A DNA stretch of 64,000 nucleotides, from contig CM022675.1 of assembly GCA_012295275.1 (NCBI GenBank), forward strand, positions 15,066,001 through 15,130,000. Reading direction: 5' to 3'. Both the position numbers and the translations under genes were made by a program. Below the pieces are notes generated by a model. That model saw only the letters and a list, made by a program, of their open reading frames with translations, was not told the origin of the DNA and did not search any database. This stretch comes from Chrysomallon squamiferum. Taxonomy: Eukaryota; Animalia; Mollusca. Shown piece after piece: positions 13,755 through 26,290 of the stretch. Every line of letters starts with the position of its first letter. Position 1 is the stretch's first letter.

Positions 13755-15094
13755 AATAGTTGCACAGTTCTTTGTAGTAGTGCTAGTGGATCGTTATTTT
13801 TAAAGGCAGATTTCTTTTTTTTTTTTCGTCTTTTTCTTTTTTTCTGCTTTTGTCTTGTGAAATAATTGGCACTTTTTCAGCAGTTAACATCTAAAAAGGA
13901 AGTAATAAATGTTTTGGGCTGAAAATCGAGAATGAATAAAGTAATAAGACACTTACAGACACAGACACACACACCCAGACACACACTCACACACACAGAT
14001 ATACTCACACACACAGAGACACTCACACACAAAAGAGACACTCACACACACAGACACACACAGAGATACTCACAGACACACACACAGAGGCACTCACACA
14101 CACAGACACATACACAGAGACACTCACACACACAAAGAGACACTCACACACACAAAGACACACACAGAGACACTCACACACAGACATACTCACACACAGA
14201 GAAACACACACACACACAGAGACACTCACACACAAAGACACACACAGAGACACTCACACACAGACACACAGAGACACTCACACACACAGACACAGAGACA
14301 CACACACAGACACACACACACACACAGACACACACACAGACACACACACACAGAGACACTCACACACACAGACACACACACACACACACAGACACTCACA
14401 CACACAGAGACACTCACACAAACAGAGACACTCACACACACAGACACACACACAGTCACACACACAGAGACACTCACCCACACAGACATACACACACAGA
14501 GAGACACACACACAGAAACACTCACACACACAGTCACACACACACAGAGACACTCACACACACAGTCACACACACAGAGACACTCACACACACAGACACA
14601 CACACAGAGACACACAGACACACACAGAGACACTCACACACAGACACACACACAGACACTTACAGACACAGACACACACACCCAGACACACACTCACACA
14701 CACAGATATACTCACACACACAGAGACACACACACACACAGAGACACACACACAGAGACACTCACACACAGACTCACACACACACAGACACACACACACA
14801 GACACACACTCACAGACACACACACACAGACACACACACACAGACACACACACAGACACACACACAGACACACACACACAGACACACACACAATAGTTGC
14901 ACAGTTCTTTGTAGTAGTGCTAGTGGATCGTTATTTTTAAAGGCAGATTTCTTTTTTTCTTCGTCTTTTTCTTTTTTTCTGCTTTTGTCTTGTGAAATAA
15001 TTGGCGCGAAAATATTTTCTTTTTCAGCAGTTAACATCTAAAAAGGAAGTAATAAATGTTTTGGGCTGAAAATCGATAATGAATAAAGTAATAA
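13755..15094. repeat. Direct duplication of about 195 bp of unique flank (13755-13947 vs 14892-15094)
   Basis: aatagttgcacagttctttgtagtagtgctagtggatcg...gaataaagtaataa is present twice. The copies differ by small indels and a few substitutions. Confidence 0.95.
13948..14891. repeat. Cryptic (CA)/(GA) satellite block 2 (partial copy of block 1)
   Basis: Same marker variants (gagatactc at 14063) and the same downstream unique flank as block 1. Confidence 0.95.
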
Positions 15095-15629
15095 AACGTG
15101 AACAAGTATTTACAGCATTGAGGATAAGTTTTGGTATTGGTCGATATTACACAAGATGATTTCTACACTAAATTTGAAATATTTCGTATTGGGGGATATT
15201 ATTATTATATTTTATCTGCTTCATATATCTTTGTCCATTTTGTATTATCGATTTAATAATAATTATGTATCTGCCTTTTATCTTATTTTTTTGTTTATGT
15301 GTCCAATTTTTTTCTAAATATCTTTTTATATTATAATTGCCGAACGCTGTTAAATACTAAGAGTTCTACTACAAAAGCGTAATTTGAAAACAACAATTAA
15401 TGATAATCGTCAGTTTGTCTGAGACATATAGATATAATATTTTGATTAATCATATTTGCAGATTTATCATTTTTATGAGACACTTGTAGCTTCTTAATAA
15501 TTACTGATGTTTCAAAAACATAATTCTATCACTTTTAACTTTTGTTTACTGTTATTTTCGAATTCACCCATAATGCTTTCTACTCCTGTTTATCTTGACT
15601 CTGTGCATTTATTGTGTGAATCTCATTTT

Positions 15630-15676
15630 TTCCCACATGTAACATGCAATCATCACGTTTCCTTGTAGACCACCCA
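15630..15676. promoter_or_regulatory. Adjacent CSL/Su(H) site (TTCCCACA, 15630-15637) and perfect GLI consensus (GACCACCCA, 15668-15676)
   Basis: Motif matches only; function untested. Confidence 0.3.
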
Positions 15677-16705
15677 TACACCTACAACTACTGAAAGCAG
15701 TTATAAAAGAGATTTTAATAAAAAAAAATAGCTAACTGATTACATTCTTAATAAGAAGAGACAGACGTCTGCAACCTCCGAGCTGTTCGTCTAGGTAACA
15801 GCCTCTTACTACATTTCTCCACGCATAGGCACACACGTACACGCACACACAACAAAATCTCTCTCACAGACGATATAATACAGAACTGGAGGTCAAAGAG
15901 AGACAACTGGTGACTAGTCTAAAACTGACTGTATAAAATATCTTGTCAAGGTAAATCTGACAAGTCTGTTTTATTTGTCTGTTTATTCATTCATTCATTT
16001 ACTTATTTAATTTATTTATTTATTTATTTATTATTTTCTTCTTTTTGTTGTTTATATGTATCAAATAATAGTTTATTGTTTTATTATAAATTATAATATT
16101 CTGGCACAATTTAAAAATAATCTGATATGAGTGTTTTGGGGTTTCTTTTTTAAAAAATCAAAAAAAATCTAGAAATCAATGAAGACACGCAATCTGTCGT
16201 TTCCGGCACGCACGGAACCCCGGGTGTTTAGGTCACGTGAACACCTGAACGGATAACACTGTTTCATTGTGACTAGATTGTCGCCTTCAAACGGTTCTTG
16301 TTCAAGATGTTATTCGATTCGACGATGTAAATCAAAGATGGCGTAGCCACCTCTGCTCAGTTTCCTCGACATATCTAAAGTATCGTGAGAGGCTATCAAA
16401 TATTACTGTCAGACACGGGTATAGATAGCTGTTGTTTTTATCGCGATAACAACGAACTAATTGTAGTGTTACTTCATATCACTCCCAACATCTTAATTTG
16501 ACCAAATGGTTGCTGGCTCTTCTTTTTCACTGTATTGCAGAAACTGATATTATGAAAGAAGATACAGAAAAAAATAAAATAAAAAAGTATTTAACCAATG
16601 TATGCCCATAGTTTTGTGTGGCTTAGTGTATACAAATTTTGTTACTTAATTTTTGTACTATGTATGTTGTCATTTCTTCAACAATAGCATCAACAAAAAC
16701 AACAA

Positions 16706-16787
<82 letters not shown>

Positions 16788-17561
16788 CTGACGATGATAG
16801 TGGTGTTATGATAATTCACTGTCAATTACAGTGATATATTACCTAAATCTAAATACACGTGGGTGGTATGTGTATCATTATCAGTGTTAAATATGTCTTC
16901 AGCGTCGTCGTAGTTGACCCGGGTGTCCAGTACCATCAGCCGGGTGGCAACCAATTCATTGAGATTTATTTACAGCCTGGACAATGATTTCTATGTCACG
17001 TGGTTTCATTTTCTCAATGAATGTTTTCTACCTGTCAAACGCTACACATGTAACCTAATTTAAAGTAATACATTGACGTGAAACTCGATCAACATCGGTG
17101 ATATCAGAGAGTTACGCTTCAGTGAGTTTTGCTCTGATGAAACGTTCCTAATGTTCTTTAAACATGGCTTATAGAGTAGCAGAAGAAGAATTATTATTAC
17201 AGATTGAAGTAATAATTAAAAATGATACGATTTTGTAATATAATGAAACTAACAACATAACGATATTAAGAAAAATACAGAAAGAAACCTATTTTCTCTA
17301 GAGTTAATACAGAAATGAATTAAAATGTATTATACAGAATTTTGCTTAGAGTAAAACATTTTGTTTTAAACTGTAGTTATACTTCAATAGCTCTTTGATA
17401 ATCACATAGACAGGTGAAAACGTACTTGACCTTTTAAAAACCAGTTCGGTTACAGGGAATGGGAAAAGACAAATTCGCGAATAATATAATTAGAAGCGAA
17501 ATTAAAGTTTTCTAAAACATTAAAATATTTAACCTAACTATTGGAAACGTAAGTAAATATA

Positions 17562-17615
<54 letters not shown>

Positions 17616-17677
17616 CCTATTTAACCTCTGAAAAACAGAATAAAAATTAAAAAATAATAATAATAATAATAATAATT

Positions 17678-17710
<33 letters not shown>

Positions 17711-18692
17711 GCAGTAGTACCAATAATAATGAATAAATGAATAAATAATAAATAAATAAATAAATAAGTAAATAAATAAATAAATTAAAATAAAATAAAA
17801 TAAAATAGGATAAAATAAGTATTCAGAAATGATAACAAATATAAATCTACGAATACTTCAAAAAATACCAATAAATAGGCAGTGTTTGTCCTTCATTATA
17901 TGTAAGAAACCTAAAATAATCTTTCTTTTTTCAAAATATTCGTCAATAAACTCATAACTCAATTTATTTTATATATATATATAAATATATATAATTCATT
18001 TTTAATTTATTTATCAAATTCCGTTTTCTTGTAAATATGAGTATTTAATGACACTTAATATTTTCTAAAATTACAGTGTGTAACCAAACTCTTCCTTAAA
18101 CTCTAGCTTATTGGATGCTGGAATTGATGTTTGTAATGAAAAATGTGAAAGGCATTGCCGAGGTCTTCTGGTACATACTTCACATTTATTTGCCACATTT
18201 ACAACATTTTAATCCGTCTGCTGTGCAACGATTTTTCTTGGAGTTTAAGTCTGTCTGGAAAGAAAACATTTGGTGAGTGATGTCATGCTGCGCATAAACC
18301 AGAACAAATAACCAGGTTAATTTATATCTCAGTTTCATTCATTATTATTTTTATTTCTCTCAACTGTCGAGACGACTACACACTTTGTTGTTGCTACATG
18401 CTTGAGTACATTAATATTTATAAATAAATAAATAACATATGTACATGCATACGCTCAAGCATATACATACATACATACATACATACATTATATATACAGA
18501 TACTTTCATATATATATACACGCACTTAAGTACATACATACACGCATACATATTTACACACATACGTTCGAACATACATACAGATACATACAGATACACA
18601 CACATACATACATAGCATACATAGCACACAAAACACATACACACATGAATAACACACGAAACACGTGCATACATGCTTACACGCATAGATAA

Positions 18693-18725
<33 letters not shown>

Positions 18726-19155
18726 GGGACACACATTCATATAATTGTGTTATGCACTGTGCTTGTCACGTGTTTTTAAAATTATTCTGTTTCATTCCAG
18801 AAATATTTTTATCACTGTATTGTATTGATAAAAACACTCAAGTGGAGTAATTCACAGTTCAGTTAGGACAAAGCTATAAGAGTGACAGTTTAACTAGATA
18901 TAGCTTTGTTGTACACAGATTAACGTTATTGCTGTCTAAGATTGGTATCACTCAGTAGGATTAGCACTCGGCTGGAGAGTTATTCTACTTTCATCACAAC
19001 ACTTGTAGATTGGTGTTGATAATATTCGTCAATATATTATGGAAGATTTTGATATTCATGAAACAATCACTATGTACATAGAATGATGCTAATGATGACA
19101 TTGACGATGAGAAATTAATGAACATGACGAGACTTTTTTTCCTTCAGCAGACTGT

Positions 19156-19365
19156 AACGTAGATAATGTTGTGAATAATTCAGCTATCAATAACGTAGAT
19201 AATGTAAATAATTCAGCTGTCAGGAACGTAGATAATGTTTGAATAATTCAGCTGTCAGGAATGTAGACAATGTTGTGAATAATTCAGCTGTCAGTAACGT
19301 AAATAATGTTTTGAATAATTCAGCTGTCAGGAACGTAGAAAATGTTGTGAATAATTCAGCTTTCA
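19156..19365. repeat. 36-bp minisatellite, about 6 copies (aacgtagataatgttgtgaataattcagctgtcagg)
   Basis: Directly visible. Translates as NVDNVVNNSAVR repeats, with one frameshifting unit. Confidence 0.9.
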
Positions 19366-20229
19366 GTAGCGGATATACAAATGATAATATTAATATTTCA
19401 AATGAATATAGCGTGCAGTTCCTATATACAATAATTATTCATTATTTCGTATTCCTGATAACGTGAAAAAATACACCTGAACCGAAAGAATTCTAGATAT
19501 AATTTCCAACCACTTCGTTGTAATTAGTTTAGCCTTATAAAAATATCGTGTACTTTTCAAACATAATAAATTAGTACATTTTGTCAATGTATCATTACAA
19601 TTGCTTCAAATCTGCTGACTAAAATCAACCCTAAACCTAAATCCGACTCTGGCTTTTTTCATCATTTTCAGGAATAGTCTAACTTTAGAGGGAAATCACG
19701 TCTGACGCTTGTCCCGGGTTACAAAATCAATTGTTAAGTTAAGAATGTACATATATCCATGTTCAGTGTAAAGAACTGAAGAATTTTGTTTGTATATATT
19801 TTCTTAGAGAAGCGGATCAGTCTAAGCGCTATTTAGTTTACATTATTAACTGACATAAAAATATTTCTGTGAAGTTAATGTATTGTCTAATACACAGTCG
19901 AAATATTTATGTAATATCGCTTTGTTTTTCCTATTTCTAAACATATGTTTGAAAATTTGTGCTAAGCAAATGATTTTATTTTAATATTCCCAGGTATTTT
20001 TAAATTTCAGTAAAATATCCCTCAAAAAGATTTATTGCTAGAATTAAAATGTAAAGTGAAGAATTACAAACAAGAAGAAAATCTGCATATAGTTAACACT
20101 GACTTTCCCTTTCTATTCAATGATACTCGTTCAATTTCACAAATCAAAGAGTTTAGAAGAAATTAATCGAGGCTTGCAGACAAATAAACTCCATATATTG
20201 GTAATTCTTATAAAGCAAATTCAATCAGA

Positions 20230-20470
20230 CGGCATGTTTACACGGATCTGGTCACGTTGTGGTGCACACTATTCCACCTACTCGAGTCCCTACGGGCCTG
20301 TCGTCTTTCTTTACAGTCTGAGAGTTGCCAGATCATTTCTGCGATGGAGCGACTAGCTGAAAAGATGGCTGTAAATTGGCCATTCCTCTGAGAGAAGACC
20401 GTCCAGAGAGGGCAATGGATTTCTTGTTTTCTCGCAGAATGGAATTTGCTTGCAGGTGACTCAGGCATGA
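20230..20470 (-). mobile_element. Decayed RTE/BovB-like LINE 3' end
   Basis: Minus ORF ends ...RRQARRDSSRWNSVHHNVTRSV, resembling the RTE-BovB ORF2 terminus (A.DR..WR..VH.V..SR). Isolated GC-richer patch. Confidence 0.4.
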
Positions 20471-21416
20471 AATGAGTATGTTTGGCTGCAAAACAATGAG
20501 ATGAAAACTGGTTCTGAACTATTCCGCCGTCAATTCTCGAAGAGGTTTTTACTTCTTACAATCTATTTGTCACAGTTAATAGATATATACGTACGCAGGA
20601 CATGTTATAGACAAAATATGATATTATTCATAAATATACAGCAAAATGCACCAGAAGTGTGACAGTCTGTTTCAAAGATTATCTGTTGAATATCGGCCAA
20701 TTCAAGGGACATAACTTGCTAGACGGCATCATTCTTTGAAAGATATTAAACCATTCTCTGACCCTGTCCTAAAGATGCTGGCTACTAAACTTTCTCAACT
20801 GTTTGTTGACTGCGAATTCGATGTCAAATTAAATCGTTAGAATTGCCGGAAAAAGAGATAAAATTCTGACTCAGTCAGGCTTGTAACCTTGATTTTCTTT
20901 TCTGCACGGCAACCCACGCGTGAGACTAATATAAATGTCTCCACGAAATGACATCAGATTGGTTTCCCTATCTCCATATCGACAGACGTTTTTTTAAATC
21001 TTCACCTATTTTCAAAGTGAAACTTCAGCTTTATACCTGTCAGTGAAACAAAGGTAAGGATATTTGCTAATTATATATACAAATTTGCCAATAAGTATAA
21101 AAATTATATAGGCAGCAGAAAAGGTGAATAGTTATTTAATTTTGTCAGTATTATTTATTTAAAAATAATTTTTAAAAATATAGCTAAGAATTATTTGTTT
21201 GTCAATTTGAAATAAAAAAATTACTTCAAAATGCTATTATTTATCTATTCGTGATAAAATGAAAAAAAAAGAAAAACGATCAGTTTAATGTTCAAAAGTG
21301 AACATATTAATTTTTTTCTGCCTTTTATTTCATCAGTTTCAAACCTGAATAAAATCTTAAATGATATCATTTAAATTAAATCTCACAATATAAAATAGTT
21401 CGCCATTATTTCAGTA

Positions 21417-21680
<264 letters not shown>

Positions 21681-22359
21681 ACAATTTGGTCTGTTCAAAT
21701 TTACAAAATGAGGTATGGGGAAATAACATTAAAGCTCTATGGCTAGCCACATCAGCCTTTAATAATACAGCAGGTGAAGATAATCCTTGTAATTACCACA
21801 CGAGTCTGGCAAACAGTTGCAATAGACACCAGTTATTTTAACCCAGACATTCTAAAACTAGGTTTACTTATAATCAATAAGTGCTATATATAAAAGCAAT
21901 CAAACGATATAAATAAGTGGAATGTGTGAAAGAAATCCAAATCGGTCTCCTCCGCTAGAGCCGACTGATCTTTTGCCGACGGGGAGAGCGAGTAAAGAGT
22001 GTCATCATGACCCACTGTTATTTGAATGACAAAATATCGTGTACTGATGTTGTTTTGACGAGTTTTACTGATATAAAAGTTATACCTATTCATGTAGTTT
22101 TACTGATGTGACAGAGTAATACGTACTCATTTCATTTTGACTGTTTTAATGCTGTGCAAAATAAAGCATATTCAAATTATTTAAATAATGATATTACTTA
22201 TTATCTGTGTTACAGAAGGTATAATATTATTATTAATATATATATATATATATATAAAAGAATAAATAAATAAATAATCAGATTTTCCTGTTTTAACATA
22301 TCCATATATATGCGGACTTAAAACCATTAGTATAATACATAAAACATCTGGAGAATAAA

Positions 22360-22414
<55 letters not shown>

Positions 22415-22619
22415 AAAATAAGAATATAGAAAAACAAAGAAATATATAAAATTTCAAACTGACATTGCTCAGAAGCCTTACGAGCTAAATTTATCGTGAC
22501 AATCAATAAAGGACAGCCTGTATAAATACAATTTTGTGTCATATTTTAACTTTTACTTAGAAAGTGCTGTAGCTTAATTCTTATGCTTTTATTGATACGC
22601 ACAACGTCCTCTGCCAAAG

Positions 22620-22790
22620 TCCGCGAAAGGCCATGGTTTGCTTTCTATCGGTCTCATCCTCTGTGTGAAGATGCACATAAAATATCCGTTTAATCTAATC
22701 AATGAAAGTTACTCAGTCTCGGTGGTCTCTTGGGATCATAATTACACAAAACGATATGTTTTAACGATGTGTAATACGCATTCATTAATT
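22620..22790 (+). mobile_element. Degenerate SINE central/3' domain (MetaSINE-like)
   Basis: aaaggccatggtttg...ctgtgtgaagatgcacataaaatatccg...ctaatc resembles, from recall, the conserved central domain of abundant gastropod tRNA-SINEs. No intact A/B boxes seen. Confidence 0.35.
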
Positions 22791-23548
22791 ATGTGTTAAA
22801 ATATATTTTACATCAAATAAACGTTAATAATGAACTCGTCTGAGATATCTAAAGAAGTATTCAATGAATATTTTAGATTTTATAAAGGCAGTCTTCAGTT
22901 TTAAAATCTCATCGTTAGCCCAGAATCTATATTTCTGGACGTGCTTTTCTTCATAAACAGTTCATAATTTATTTTAACTCTGAGTTACTGTCCAGTCTCC
23001 AGACATAAATGTTATTTTGGTAGATAGCCTGCAAGTAATGACGTTTATTTTGAAATAGCAGCCATACGTTAATATTAGCACCACATTTGTAATTTAATCT
23101 CACACAGAAACCAAAATAGAGTCTGATGAATTCAAATTAGCATTTCTGGAAGTATCAAGCGACAGAGACATTCTTGAGAAAAGCGACGTGAGTTATGTTC
23201 TAGTCAATCCAACATAATCAATTTATCTGTCTCACGGGTCAGTCCAACTCTTCTGATCAGACAATTTACACGTCTGGTAATATTTGTTAGACTAGCGACA
23301 GAAGAATACAGAAGGCAAATTTCTGTATGTTTAGGACGTTGAGTTTCAGTGATGTTTTAAATTTATTTTTGCACGAGCGCACACACACATACATATATAA
23401 CATACATACACATACATACACACAAACAAATACACATGCATACATCTCCATTACTTCTTTTTAACAAGTAAGTATGCATAACAAGAAAGACTTTGCGACC
23501 TGTAAATCTTATTATATGTCTATTTAGTCATTAAAAATACTTCTGGAC

Positions 23549-24220
23549 AACCAGTAATTCTGTATAATCAGTACATCTATGTAATTAGAAAATTTACCGG
23601 ACCAATTATTCGGACTCCTTGCGGCCTGATGATCCGGATTTCTGGATTTTCCAGTTTTCTGGTAGCAAGGCATCTAAACACGTAAATAATTAGACACAAA
23701 CATTTTAAAATTAAAAACATCAAGAAAACTGACGTTACACAACTCTGGCGACTCGACACGTAAACAATGCGGCGAGTGAATGAACGCCACGCGGCTTGAA
23801 AGAGTAGTTCCGGCCAGCTGAGGACAACACTCGAGCGAGCGAACTATGAAAATAGCGTCTGGAAAACTTCCGGTTTTCTGGTCTTTCCGGATTTCAGGAC
23901 GCCGGATAACGGGTCCGGTACCTGTAGTAAGTAATTCTATATATCTGTTTAGCCAGTATTTCTGCATATCTGTATACTGTATAACAAGTAAATTTGTAAA
24001 GCTAGTAATTGTGTATAACCAGTAAATCTATATGATATTAAATCTGTATAACTAGTAATTCTATATAACTAGTAAATCTGTATAACCGATAATTCTGTGT
24101 GATAATTAATTTTGTTTAACCAGTAAATCTGTATAACCAGTAAATCTATGTAACCAGTAAATCTGTGTAACCAGTAAATCTATGTAACCAGTAAATCTGT
24201 GTAACCAGTAATTTCTATAA
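23549..24220. repeat. 17-bp minisatellite (aaccagtaaatctgtat) interrupted by the MITE
   Basis: Units at 23549-23590 and 23925-24220. Confidence 0.85.
23595..23924. mobile_element. MITE of about 330 bp with imperfect terminal inverted repeats (Tc1/pogo-like)
   Basis: Left end taccggaccaattattcggactcc versus reverse complement of the right end caggtaccggacccgttatccggcgtcc. The right end is followed by TA. Subterminal tccgga-type repeats; GC-rich. Confidence 0.7.
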
Positions 24221-24387
24221 TAAACGTGTCAGATCAATAACCTGAGCTGGTAGGTCGCAGTCTGTCTAGCACTAAGCTCAGACAGAGAACAGCTACAAAC
24301 AGTTTTGTGAATAACATCAGTCTGCTGTGACAGAATGAAAACAACTCAGAATGTTTTTTTTCTAAAACGTCCATGATAGAAAATGTG

Positions 24388-24437
<50 letters not shown>

Positions 24438-26149
24438 AATTGTGAAACAAATTCAGATGTAGTCAGTCAATCTTTTGAAGGTCGATCTTCTGTTTTGAAA
24501 TAAAGTAGTTTGTTAGTAATATAAATAAATCTAATATGCATACAGTCTAACATACAAAAACCCAAATAAATTCAAATTGCCGCAGTCCTTTTCACTACCA
24601 ACATAGCGTATCATTATTTACTGTTATTTATTCTTAGTAAATGAACCACATTGTTTAGGGGTTATCATTATTTAGCAGTTAAATACATTTCTGTAATTAC
24701 GTCTGTTCAGAAATGATGATTTCGATTCATTCAGTTACAAATCAACATTAGTTAATAACTACACTCGCATCTGGTGCGGCGATTAACTGACAATAACTCT
24801 TTCACACTGATTAAGGCTCAGTGGTCACAGTCGTTAGACAGGACTAAACTGTTTGATGCGACGCACATCAAACCAAACATTCTGAAAGTGTTTGAATATA
24901 TAAACTAAGACAACATTGGTACAGATACTATTCGGAAGAAAAATATAACAGAACTTTTTTTTCTTTATTTTATTATCTTCTTTCTTTATTACTATTTTTG
25001 TAAAAAAGGGAGAAAAAATAATATAAAAGTAAAATGTTACTATTGTCAAAATTCATCACTGGTTTCAATATAATAAAAATCGTAAAAATAACTCTTCTGT
25101 GAGATAATTGTTAATTAATCATTTTAAAAAGTCACCTCCTCATAATAATACTGTCAGGTAAGACAAAAGGCAGATTTTGACAGAAATGCAGATTTGGAAC
25201 TCGTTTACAGTCTGCTAAAAAACAAAACAACAACCTATGCTATGCAGTTCAAATACATTAATTAAACACTATATCAAATCTAGAGATAAATTTAAAACAG
25301 AGAATAAATGACCCTTAAAAAAAGTTTGTTCCACCCATGTTATATTTCAACAATAATTTCTAAAACGCCCTAAGGTTCATTAAGACGCACTGGTATGATT
25401 TGAATTACATGCTGTTAAAGATGCTATCTTGCTCTCGGTTTGTTACTTTAGTTCTACGCTGGGGTGTCATTAAACATGTAAGATCAGTTATATCTGTCGT
25501 GATAATTACTGAGGTGTAATAAACACATTATCAACATCTGTCAGATAGTACTGACTGCACGCGTGTCCTGGCATAATTCCTACAATAAAAATCACACGAG
25601 TGAAGTAAAATACATCTATGACACACCCGCAATAAATCTTTTTGATTTAAAAATTTTACTAATAAATTGTACTTTGACAAGAATTATTCATTCAAAAATC
25701 TTAATATGCTGTTTTGTAACTTGTTCTTGTATTTCAAGTCTGTTTTACACATTCATATCTTCACCGATTAATAGGTGACAAAAAAATGGATTTTCAAAGG
25801 CAAATAATAATATTAATAATAATACTGATAATAAAAGCAACAATAACAACAACAACAACAAAAATAGTAATAATAATAATAATTATAATAATAACAATAA
25901 AGAGGGAAAAATCTAATTTGCTCGCAATTAATCGAGGCGTGTTTAAAGATGACTAAACGAGGCGAGACTAGTTACGTGACTGGTAACACACACCGTATCA
26001 CAGCATAGTTTGACCACTGGACCGAAACATGGAATAAAGTTGTCAGAATTATCGACATTGGAAATCTTAATACGCCAGATACACTATACCCTTGATTTGA
26101 CTGTCCATGGCTGACGTGCTTAAGTAGCGAAACATCAGTCTAATTACAC

Positions 26150-26290
26150 CAGAAGTCGCCACTGCATCGCGGTGTTGTAGAGCAGACAAACTGTCAAATG
26201 CAACTCTAGATTGTTAGCCGAGCTAATTACCCGTATTGGTTTCCCTTACCTACCTTAACCCCCTGGACTACTTCTTAGCAGGGATTTGAC
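26150..26290 (+). mobile_element. Possible Tc1/mariner transposase relic
   Basis: 26254-26283 encodes LNPLDYFLAG, matching the (SPD)LNPLDYFLWG motif of DDxD transposases. Flanks are disrupted. Confidence 0.3.

Noticed and set aside
11923-13803. 626-aa His/Thr-rich ORF with a hydrophobic N-terminus
   Set aside because: It is a translation of (TAG)-like and (CA/GA) simple repeats, which are almost unable to form stop codons. Antisense frames are also largely open and there is no gene structure.
13932-15041. 369-aa His/Thr-rich ORF
   Set aside because: Same satellite artefact, in the duplicated block.
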